The notes under the pieces: model-generated
Databases searched by the model: none
Told to the model about the DNA's origin: nothing
Seen by the model: only the letters and a program-made list of their open reading frames with translations
From: Pirellulales bacterium
GTDB taxonomy: Bacteria; Planctomycetota; Planctomycetia; Pirellulales; UBA1268
Direction: 5' to 3'
Length of the DNA stretch: 53,761 bases
Assembly (NCBI GenBank): GCA_044237545.1
Contig: JBIIFB010000003.1
Span: 1-53,761 of the forward strand
Translations under genes and position numbers: made by a program
Part shown: positions 1 through 7,882 of the stretch, one piece after another
How the letters are laid out: the number at the start of each line of letters is the position of its first letter
Numbering within the stretch: the stretch's first letter is position 1

Positions 1-123
1 GCGTTCACCGCCACCTTCACCGTGGCTGCGGTGCCCGAGCCGTCCGCCTGCGTCCTTGCGCTGATCGCGATGGGGCTCGTGGGGATGACGCATGCCAGGA
101 CGCGGTCGCGGATCGGCCGTTGA
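1..123 (+). CDS. 3' end of a PEP-CTERM sorting-domain protein (5'-truncated by window edge)
   Basis: Frame 1 reads AFTATFTVAAVPEPSACVLALIAMGLVGMTHARTRSRIGR* (TGA 121-123): VPEP motif, hydrophobic helix, Arg-rich tail. Not in the ORF track because it has no start in the window. Confidence 0.88.
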   Translation, partial: AFTATFTVAAVPEPSACVLALIAMGLVGMTHARTRSRIGR

Positions 124-156
124 CCGCGTCTGCGCAGACGCCAGAAAACCGCCACC

Positions 157-285
157 GGTACGCTTGACGACGCCATCGACGAGGCGAAGCAACTGGCGGG
201 GAACAGCGCAGACGATGCTATCGAGCGGGTGCTTCTGCCGGAGCCGCGAGGACTTTTCGACGACCTCTTCGGCATGGCTGACAAT
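157..285 (+). pseudogene. Orphan fragment resembling the C-terminal part of signal peptide peptidase SppA
   Basis: Reads GTLDDAIDEAKQLAGNSADDAIERVLLPEPRGLFDDLFG, resembling the SppA G-x-L-D-D-A-I-x-x-A-x-x-L-A segment. No start codon or N-terminal part. Confidence 0.5.
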
Positions 286-576
286 GCGGGTGCGGGTGCG
301 GTAACGTGCCACGTCGAAGACAAAGGCGGTCTCACGACTGAACGGTTTGGTCTCCAAAGCTTTTTTTCGCGGAGACTTTTTTTACGGAGACTAGGAAGGG
401 CCATAAGCATCCTTCCGATGTCGGATGACTCGGATTTCGACAGTGGCGGCGTCATCGTCTACCGCGTACACGATGCGTTAATCACCGACACGAACCCGCC
501 ACAGATCGTCGGCCATGCGGTGCACGTTGTGACGCTGGGTCACCGCGGCACCCTCGCGCTTGGAGACGGCACCACC

Positions 577-915
577 GGCCTGATCGAGACCCAGCCGCTT
601 CACCAGCAGGTGCGCCGCGCCGATGCCGCCGACGCTTATCGCCCGGGTGCGATCCGCGATCTCGTACTGGATATTGGACGCGGCCATCTCGGGCCGATCC
701 GTCCCGCTGCGATCCGCCTGCTCCAGTCGCCGGGCGATTCTCCGCTTGCGTGCTTGAGCTGCCTTCGTAACTTGGCGTTCGCTCGAAACTCCTCATGGTG
801 TGGCGAGTCGCTTGAAGGGCTACCAACAGAAATCAAGCGATTCGTCGGGGATTTCGAGTTTTTTATGCGCCCAGCGCAAAAAGCGCAAGTCCAAATTCGC
901 TTGGATAAGGGCTAG
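577..915 (-). mobile_element. IS1380-family remnant (left end plus frameshifted transposase N-terminus)
   Basis: Minus strand: GAGGAG RBS, a probable start decayed to GCG (782-780), NAKLRRQLK, a 1-nt frameshift near 751, then RKRRIARRLEQADRSGTDRPEMAASNIQYEIADRTRAISVGGIGAAHLLVKRLGLDQA. This resembles planctomycete IS1380 transposase N-termini. Similarity stops at about 577; putative terminus CTAGCCCTTATCCAAGCG near 915. Confidence 0.75.
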
Positions 916-1152
916 AGGGGAGTCCCATGTCCGAAACTCTACGCGGGGTCGATCACCAACGAACCAAGACGCAAGGCCGTTCGCAAGGGGTTGCTCAAGC
1001 CGGGCTGGACAGCCTCGTCTTCAAGGCGAACCACTGCCAGTGGCAGTTTTCCTGCGATATTCTCTGCGACAATCCCGACGATGCAGCGTCGCTGCAAATC
1101 TCCACGGTGCCAGATCCATGACCACTCGCCGTGGTCGGGTCAGCCGGCACCA

Positions 1153-1191
1153 TTGACGGAATTCCATTTTCTACATATGGTTTTCCATATG
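1153..1191 (+). promoter_or_regulatory. sigma-70 promoter and palindromic operator of vapBC
   Basis: TTGACG (1153-1158), 17-bp spacer, TATGGT (1176-1181). A perfect inverted repeat CATATGG-TTTT-CCATATG (1174-1191) covers the -10 box and the start codon. Confidence 0.75.
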
Positions 1192-1413
1192 AAGACGACA
1201 CTGTCGATCAGCGACGCCACGATGCGGGCCGTCAAGCGGGAGGCGGCCCGACGGGGTCAGACCATGTCGGAACTGGTTGAGTCGGCGCTCCGCCAGACGC
1301 TCGGCCAGTCGAAGCCCGCCGGGAAGTTGCCACCGATGCCGTCATTCTCCAGCGGTGGTAGCCGGGTGGACGTATCCGACCGTAACAGTCTCTACGACGC
1401 GATGGGGCGGTAG
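1189..1413 (+). CDS. vapB: VapB-like ribbon-helix-helix antitoxin
   Basis: 74 aa MKTTLSISDATMRAVKREAARRGQTMSELVESALR (RHH/CopG pattern), 1 nt upstream of a PIN gene. Confidence 0.88.
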   Translation: MKTTLSISDATMRAVKREAARRGQTMSELVESALRQTLGQSKPAGKLPPMPSFSSGGSRVDVSDRNSLYDAMGR

Positions 1414-1414
1414 C

Positions 1415-1882
1415 ATGTTCGTCGTTGACACGAACGTGCTCATCTATGCCGCCGATCGGGACGCAGCTGACCACGCCGCCTGCCGTGATCTGATCGAGCG
1501 CTGCCGTGGCCAGTCCGGACCGTGGTACCTGACCTGGGGAATCGTCTACGAGTTTCTCCGCGTGACGACGCATCCTTCAATCTTCCGCCTCCCGTTTTCG
1601 GCAAATGATGCTTGGTCCTTTCTCGATTCCTTGTTCGCATCTCCCGGACTCGGAATGCTCACGGAGACAGAGCGACACCTGCACGTCGCACAGGAGGTAT
1701 TCGCTGAGATGCCTCGCCTGGCAGGCAACGTCGTCTTCGACGTCCATACCGCCGTCCTCATGCGGGAAAATGGCGTGCGCGCCATCTACACCAATGACGG
1801 AGACTTCAACCGATTTCCCTTCGTCGACGTACTCGACCCGGTGACCGGCCAACGACGGACGCCCTCACGGCGACGGGGCTGA
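1415..1882 (+). CDS. vapC: VapC PIN-domain ribonuclease toxin
   Basis: MFVVDTNVLIYA...YEFLR...VFDVH...YTNDGDFNRF: the acidic PIN tetrad is intact; ATG at 1415. Confidence 0.92.
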   Translation: MFVVDTNVLIYAADRDAADHAACRDLIERCRGQSGPWYLTWGIVYEFLRVTTHPSIFRLPFSANDAWSFLDSLFASPGLGMLTETERHLHVAQEVFAEMPRLAGNVVFDVHTAVLMRENGVRAIYTNDGDFNRFPFVDVLDPVTGQRRTPSRRRG

Positions 1883-1939
1883 GGGGCGAAGAGTCGCCAG
1901 GAATGGCCGCAGCGGGGTTTGGGCACCGCCAGCCGGCTC

Positions 1940-2050
1940 GCAGCGGCGTGCCCCGAGGCATGGGCGGAGGACCGCCGGCTGGCGAGGCTCGCCGAGTGTC
2001 TCAACTCGCTCCCGCCGCGGGCCCGGGAACTCGTGCGGCTGCGACGGCGT
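1940..2050 (+). pseudogene. Fragment of an ECF sigma-70 factor (start of region 4)
   Basis: WAEDRRLARLAECLNSLPPRARELVRLR matches the L-x-x-C-L-x-x-L-P-x-R-x-R-x-L-x-x-L-R pattern. Region 2 and the HTH are absent. Confidence 0.55.
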
Positions 2051-2292
2051 ACCCTTGTCGGAGGCCCAGGTCATGTTTCTGCCGACAACCGGCCGGCCAT
2101 GGACGGGGGTGACAGGCAGTTTCTTACGCGTAATCAGCGGCAGGCCGCGGCTCACGGGCTGCTCATCAACTCAGCGCTTGTGGCGGAAGTGCCATTGACC
2201 GGGCTATCCTTCCTTCATGCATGAGATCGCCCCTCATTCAAGATGGGATATTCCGCATGATTCAGAGGACTCCGAGACGAGGACCGATCACG

Positions 2293-5205
2293 ATGCATGC
2301 TGCGACCTCACCGCTTTTCTGGTCGTGGGGTTCCTGGTCGCGTGGTTCCTGGTCGTGTGGCCACTTTCTGGCTGGGCTCGTGAGACTGGCGGCAGTCGTC
2401 GCGGTCGTGACCAGCGTGGCAGCGGGCGGGGTGGCGGCCGAACCGCAGCCGCCCGGGTCTGCCTCGGCCCGCAACGTCGTCTTCATCATCTCGGACGACC
2501 AGCACTGGCGGGACTATTCGTTCATGGGCCATGGCCAGCTTCGCACACCGCACCTCGACCGGCTCGCACGGGAGAGCCTCGTCTTTCGTCGCGGCTATGT
2601 GACCAGCAGTCTCTGCTGCCCGAGCCTGGCGTCGATCATCACCGGCCGCTATCCGCACGAGCATCGGATCGTCGGCAACGATCCGCCGGAGGATCCGCTC
2701 AACCCTTGTGGCACGCCCGAAGGGAAGGCCGCCTTCGAGGCCGGCCGCGAACGGATGAACCGGCATCTGGAGGAATGGCCGACACTGCCCCGGATCCTCG
2801 GCGAGCATGGCTACCGTAGCCTGCAGACCGGGAAGTGGTGGCAGGGGGATTTTTCTCGCGGGGGGTTCACCGAGGGGATGACGAAAGGGGGACGGCACGG
2901 TGACGACGGGCTCACGATCGGTCGGAAGACCATGCAGCCGGTCAACGACTTTATGACGCGGAGCCGGCAGGATGGCAGACCGTTCATGGTCTGGTATGCC
3001 CCCATGCTGCCGCACGATCCCCACGATCCCCCGCAGGAACTGATCGATCACTACACGACGCAGACCGACAGCATTCACGTCGCGCGGTATTGGGGGAATG
3101 TCGAACGCTTCGACCGCACGGTCGGCGATCTGCTCGACCACCTGGACCGTGAGCAGCTCTCTGCAAACACACTGGTTGTCTATGTCACCGACAACGGCTG
3201 GATCCAGAAGACCGACACGGGAGGGTTTGCGGCCCGGTCGAAGCTGTCGCCCTACGACGGCGGCCTGCGGACGCCGATCATGCTCCGCCAGCCGGGGACG
3301 ATCGCACCAGGAATCAGCGACGCCCTGGCCAGTGCGATCGACCTCATGCCGACGGTGCTGGCCGCCTGCGGCATCCAGCCGCCGGCCGGCCTGCCGGGCT
3401 CAAACCTGCTCGAGCCGCAGGCGGTGGCGGCGCGGAAGCAGGTGTTCGGCGAGTGTTTTACCCACACGCTCGTCGACGTGGACGACCCTGCCAGGAGCCT
3501 GCTCTGGCGATGGACCGTCCGCGACCAGTGGAAGCTGATCGTGCCGGCAACGTCGGACGGTGCCGCCGGCTTCCCGCAGCATGAAGGTCGCCGCGTCGAT
3601 CCGGACTCGTGGGCCCGGTATGACCGCGGCGAGGTCGAACTCTTTGATCTGTTCGACGATCCCGACGAGACCAGAAACGTTGCGGCCGCGCATCCAGAGC
3701 TCGTGCGGGAATTGCGGCAGAGCCTCGATGCCTGGTGGACTCCGAAATTGGTTGATACGAAACGAGTCGACAAGAAGCTGGGAGATGCAAAGCCGGGCGA
3801 TGCGGCCCAATCCCAGCCGGTCGCGGTAACGCCAGCGACGCCGCCTGTTGCGAAGGCCACCAACCTGCTCGTTTTCCTGGCCGACGATCTCGGCGCCCAT
3901 GACCTCGGCTGCACGGGCAGTAGCTTCTATCGCACGCCGGCGATCGACCGGCTAGCCGCCTCCGGGATCCTCTTCACGCGGGCCTACGCCGCCTGTCCGG
4001 TCTGTTCGCCCACCCGCGCGGCGCTCATGACCGGCCGGCATCCCGCCCGCGTCGGGATCACGAATTTTATTGCAGGCAGTCGCCGCGGTCCGCTGCTACC
4101 AGCCGACTCTCTCCATGCCCTGCCCGATGAAGAGGTGACCATCCCCGAACTCCTCAAAGCCGCCGGCTATGACACCGGCGTTTTCGGCAAATGGCACCTG
4201 GGGAATCCCAAAGACATTCCGTCGCATGGATTCGCGACGACCGGCTCCACGACCGTCGGCCCCGGCCGGGGGCCGCTGGACGATCCGATGCATGCCCGGG
4301 CGATCGCGTCGCAGGCGTCGGCGTTCATCGCCGCCAGCCGCGACCAGCCCTTCTTCTGTTACGTCCCGATGCACTCGGTGCATGTGCCACTGAAGACCCG
4401 TCCGGAACTGGCCGCGGAGGAGGGCGGGCGGGCCGTTGGTGTCGGTCCGAAGTTTGATGTGCTGCCGCCGCCGGCCGGTGATCCGGTCACGCGGAGTGTT
4501 CAGGATCACCCCGTGTATGCCGGCATGATCCGCGAGATGGATGAGACGGTGGCCACGGTCTTGGCTGCCGTCGAAGAGGCCGGGCAGACGGACAACACGC
4601 TCGTCGTCTTCACCAGCGACAACGGCGGCCTTTCCACCGCCGAAGGGGCGCCGACCTCGAACCTGCCGCTCCGCGCGGGCAAGGGGTTTCTCTACGAGGG
4701 AGGCATCCGTGTGCCACTCGTCGTGCGGTGGCCGGGGGTCGTGAAGCCGGGAACAACGACCGCGGTGCCGGTCACCACGCTCGACATCGCCGCCACACTG
4801 CTCGAGGTCGCCGGCACGCAGCCGCCCGAGAAGGCCGTACTCGACGGCACGAGCCTTGAGCCGGTGCTCGCGGGCGGATCGCTCCCCGGACGCGATCTCC
4901 ACTGGCACTACCCCCACTACGCCAATCAGGGGAGCCGGCCTGCCGCCGCGATTATCGCGGGCGATGGTCCAAGCCCGGGGAGCGAGAAGCTGGTCGAGCA
5001 CTTCGAGGATGGCCGGCTGGAGCTCTTCGATCTGTCGAACGATCCGGGCGAGCGTCGCAATCTTTCTGACAGCCGTCCGGACCGGGCCGCGGCGTTGCAG
5101 GGCCGGTTGGCAGCATGGCGCACGAGCGTACAGGCGAAGATGCCCGTGCCCAACCCACAGCCGGTGGATCCGTTCGGTTCGGACGGCGAGCCAAGGAAAC
5201 GGTGA
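2293..5205 (+). CDS. Secreted tandem double sulfatase (two S1 formylglycine-type domains)
   Basis: Signal-like VRLAAVVAVVTSVAAGGVAA. Domain 1: NVVFIISDD, CCPSLASIITG, GKWW, TDNG. Pro/Ala/Lys linker at about 3745-3858. Domain 2: NLLVFLADDLG, CSPTRAALMTG, GKWHLG, SDNGG. Start uncertain (2221, 2257, 2293 with GAGGA, or GTG 2380). Confidence 0.92.
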   Translation: MHAATSPLFWSWGSWSRGSWSCGHFLAGLVRLAAVVAVVTSVAAGGVAAEPQPPGSASARNVVFIISDDQHWRDYSFMGHGQLRTPHLDRLARESLVFRRGYVTSSLCCPSLASIITGRYPHEHRIVGNDPPEDPLNPCGTPEGKAAFEAGRERMNRHLEEWPTLPRILGEHGYRSLQTGKWWQGDFSRGGFTEGMTKGGRHGDDGLTIGRKTMQPVNDFMTRSRQDGRPFMVWYAPMLPHDPHDPPQELIDHYTTQTDSIHVARYWGNVERFDRTVGDLLDHLDREQLSANTLVVYVTDNGWIQKTDTGGFAARSKLSPYDGGLRTPIMLRQPGTIAPGISDALASAIDLMPTVLAACGIQPPAGLPGSNLLEPQAVAARKQVFGECFTHTLVDVDDPARSLLWRWTVRDQWKLIVPATSDGAAGFPQHEGRRVDPDSWARYDRGEVELFDLFDDPDETRNVAAAHPELVRELRQSLDAWWTPKLVDTKRVDKKLGDAKPGDAAQSQPVAVTPATPPVAKATNLLVFLADDLGAHDLGCTGSSFYRTPAIDRLAASGILFTRAYAACPVCSPTRAALMTGRHPARVGITNFIAGSRRGPLLPADSLHALPDEEVTIPELLKAAGYDTGVFGKWHLGNPKDIPSHGFATTGSTTVGPGRGPLDDPMHARAIASQASAFIAASRDQPFFCYVPMHSVHVPLKTRPELAAEEGGRAVGVGPKFDVLPPPAGDPVTRSVQDHPVYAGMIREMDETVATVLAAVEEAGQTDNTLVVFTSDNGGLSTAEGAPTSNLPLRAGKGFLYEGGIRVPLVVRWPGVVKPGTTTAVPVTTLDIAATLLEVAGTQPPEKAVLDGTSLEPVLAGGSLPGRDLHWHYPHYANQGSRPAAAIIAGDGPSPGSEKLVEHFEDGRLELFDLSNDPGERRNLSDSRPDRAAALQGRLAAWRTSVQAKMPVPNPQPVDPFGSDGEPRKR

Positions 5206-5274
5206 CGGGTTAGACTCTTGATGGGCATGTGCCCACCAACTCCCGCGTCGATGCTCGAAGAAGGGCTCACGACT

Positions 5275-6615
5275 ATGATCTGCTCCCGTCCCCGTGGTGT
5301 GTCGCGTCGCCGTGGTGTGGCGGTGCTCGTCTGGGCAGCCGCCTTGATGGTCGCTTCGCATGGTCTGCCTGCTCGTCCGGCGCTGGCCGACAATTGGCCC
5401 AACTGGCGGGGCCCTGCGGTCGATGGTACGGCGGCGGGCGCGGGCTATGTCTCATCCTGGAGCCCGACTGAGCATGTAATCTGGCGGGTGAAGCTACCCG
5501 GGCTCGGCGCGAGCACGCCTGCCGTCTGGGGGAATCGCATCGTTGTCACCTGTGCGATCGATGGCAAGGATGCTGCGATCTGCCTCGATCGGGCCGGCCA
5601 GGAAATCTGGCGGCGGGAATTGGCCCCCGAGAAGCCCGGTAAGCACAAGAAGGCCACGGGCTCAAACCCGTCGCCGGTCACCGACGGCAAGCACGTCTGG
5701 GTTTATTATAAGAGCGGAGAACTGGCGGCCCTCGATCTGGCCGACGGCACTGTCGTCTGGCGGAAGAACCTCCAAGAAGTGTTCGGAGCAGACACGCTCT
5801 GGTGGGATCTCGGCACGTCGCCCGTGCTCACCTCCAAGGCCGTGGCCATCGCGGTGATGCAGACGGGCCCCAGCTACGTGGCGGCCTTCGACCGCTCAAG
5901 TGGCGACCTGCTCTGGAAACAGGACCGGATGCTCGATGCCCCCGAAGAGGCGGCGCAGAGTTATTCGACACCCGTGGTCTTTGGCGGCGACGCCGCCAAG
6001 GGAGAGCCGGCCGAGGTCATGATCGTGCTCGGCGCCGATCATGTGACGGCCCACGATGCGGCCACCGGAAAAGAACTCTGGCGGATGGGCGGGCTCAACC
6101 CTACCGGCCACAAGTATTTCCGGTCGATCGCCTCGCCGGTTGTGGCAGGTGATCTCGTCATCGCCCCCTATGCCCGCGGCGAAACGATCACCGCGATCCG
6201 TCGTGGCGGGGCTGGCGACGTGACGGGATCGCATCTCGCCTGGGTCCGCACCGATCTGGGCGCCGACGTGCCGACGCCGGCCGTCAAGGATGGGCGGATC
6301 GTCGTCTGCACCGACAAGGGGAGGGTGGAGTGCCTCGACGCCGCCACCGGCAAGACGCTCGCGAAGGCCGAACTGCCCAAAAACCGCAACGCCTACTCAG
6401 CCTCGCCCGTGATCGTGGATGGCAGGATCATCGTGACCCGCGAGGATGGTGAGTCGAGCGTGTTCGCATGGCCGGCCGCAGCCGCGGAGTCGCTCCCGCT
6501 CGTGGGGCAGGGGGGCGTTGATGAAATGACCGTGGCCACGCCTGTCTGTGTCGACGGGCAGATCTTTGTCAGGACCCATGATTCACTCTGGTGCTTTGGA
6601 GAAAAAGAACGATGA
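5275..6615 (+). CDS. PQQ-binding-like beta-propeller repeat protein (BamB-like), secreted
   Basis: Signal peptide followed by ADNWPNWRGP, WRVKLPGLGASTP and repeated SP...G..vW blades. Start could be 5218. Confidence 0.88.
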   Translation: MICSRPRGVSRRRGVAVLVWAAALMVASHGLPARPALADNWPNWRGPAVDGTAAGAGYVSSWSPTEHVIWRVKLPGLGASTPAVWGNRIVVTCAIDGKDAAICLDRAGQEIWRRELAPEKPGKHKKATGSNPSPVTDGKHVWVYYKSGELAALDLADGTVVWRKNLQEVFGADTLWWDLGTSPVLTSKAVAIAVMQTGPSYVAAFDRSSGDLLWKQDRMLDAPEEAAQSYSTPVVFGGDAAKGEPAEVMIVLGADHVTAHDAATGKELWRMGGLNPTGHKYFRSIASPVVAGDLVIAPYARGETITAIRRGGAGDVTGSHLAWVRTDLGADVPTPAVKDGRIVVCTDKGRVECLDAATGKTLAKAELPKNRNAYSASPVIVDGRIIVTREDGESSVFAWPAAAAESLPLVGQGGVDEMTVATPVCVDGQIFVRTHDSLWCFGEKER

Positions 6616-7823
6616 CTCGGCCGACCTCGATGACTTCGCTGCTGGTGGTCTCTATCGTGGCGTTGCTTGTGACACTCTCCGCGTCGCCGCCGCAGGCCGC
6701 CGAGACCGTGACGCAGGCCGCCGAGACAGCGCCGCAGGCCGCCGCAACGGCGACACCGGGCAAGCCGGCCAGGCTTCTGGCCGTCAGTGTGACCGCCGGC
6801 TTCCGCCATGGCTCGATCAACACGGCTGAACCGGTGCTCGAGGAACTCGGCCGCACGAGCGGTCTCTACCATCTCGACTTCCTGCGGATGCCGGAGGGCC
6901 GGCTGCCGCAGCCGAAGGCCCCCAAGCGGGCAGAGGGGGTGAGCGACGCCGACTGGAAACAGCAGGAGGAGGCCTTCAAGGCAGCGCAGGCAGACTTTCA
7001 GAAGGCCGACGCCGTCTGGCAGCAGGGCGTGAAAGAACAGTTTGCCAAGGCGTTTGCACCCGAGTCGCTTTCCCACTTCGACGGCGTCATCTTCCTGAGC
7101 ACGACCGGCGAGTTGCCGATCCCGGATCTGGCGGCGTTTCTCGAGTGGATCAAGACGGGCAAGGCCTTCATCGGCCTGCATGCCGCCAGCGACACGCTCA
7201 AGAGTTCAGACGACTACTGCGACATGATCGGCGGCCACTTCGCCGGCCATCCGTGGAACGGCGGCGGCCAGCATGCGTTTGTCGTACATGAACCAGGCCA
7301 CCGGCTCACCGCCATGCTGCCCGGGCGGTTTCGCTGGCAGGACGAGATCTATCAATACGATCCACGGTACAAGCCGGAGAATCTCCGCGTGCTCGTCAGC
7401 CTCGAGATGCAGGGCAGCACGCCCAAGGAACCATGGCACGTGCCCGTGTCGTGGGTTCGCGAGTATGGGGCGGGCCGGGTCTTCTACACGAACTTCGGCC
7501 ATAACGACGCGACCTGGAAAGAGCCGATGTTTCAGAAGCACATGAGCGAGGGGATCGCCTGGGCGCTCAAGACTTTTGACGCACCGGCCACACCCAACCC
7601 CGACGTGCAGGCGGCGGAATATCTCCGCAGCGTGATCGCCGCCGTTGGTGTCGCTACGGGCAAGAATGCCGACGACCTTCTGGCCAAGGTCGACGCGAGA
7701 ATTGCCCGGGATGCCTCGTGGGCGACGGGCCTGCGGCCGCTGCTGCTAGAACTGCGGGGCCTCAAGCCCGAGTCGAGGGCCGAGGCCTATGCCAAGGTGC
7801 TCTCGGCGATCGACAAGCCGTAG
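6612..7823 (+). CDS. ThuA-domain (class I glutamine amidotransferase-like) secreted protein
   Basis: GFRHGSI, FIGLHAASDT, GGHFAGHPW, DEIYQY, GRVFYTNFGHN; ATGA overlap with the upstream stop. Confidence 0.88.
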   Translation: MTRPTSMTSLLVVSIVALLVTLSASPPQAAETVTQAAETAPQAAATATPGKPARLLAVSVTAGFRHGSINTAEPVLEELGRTSGLYHLDFLRMPEGRLPQPKAPKRAEGVSDADWKQQEEAFKAAQADFQKADAVWQQGVKEQFAKAFAPESLSHFDGVIFLSTTGELPIPDLAAFLEWIKTGKAFIGLHAASDTLKSSDDYCDMIGGHFAGHPWNGGGQHAFVVHEPGHRLTAMLPGRFRWQDEIYQYDPRYKPENLRVLVSLEMQGSTPKEPWHVPVSWVREYGAGRVFYTNFGHNDATWKEPMFQKHMSEGIAWALKTFDAPATPNPDVQAAEYLRSVIAAVGVATGKNADDLLAKVDARIARDASWATGLRPLLLELRGLKPESRAEAYAKVLSAIDKP

Positions 7824-7882
7824 GCGTGCCCGGCCGAACGTGGACGAGTTCATGCCCTGACCTGACGACAGGAAGGATTGTT

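Noticed and set aside
350-391. Intrinsic terminator GTCTCC-N15-GGAGAC-T7
   Set aside because: The stem is only 6 bp with a long loop, and the pattern is also explained by a short tandem duplication; too weak to call.
229-915. 228-aa plus-strand ORF as a real gene
   Set aside because: It is a chance read-through of an SppA-like fragment and the antisense of the IS1380 remnant.
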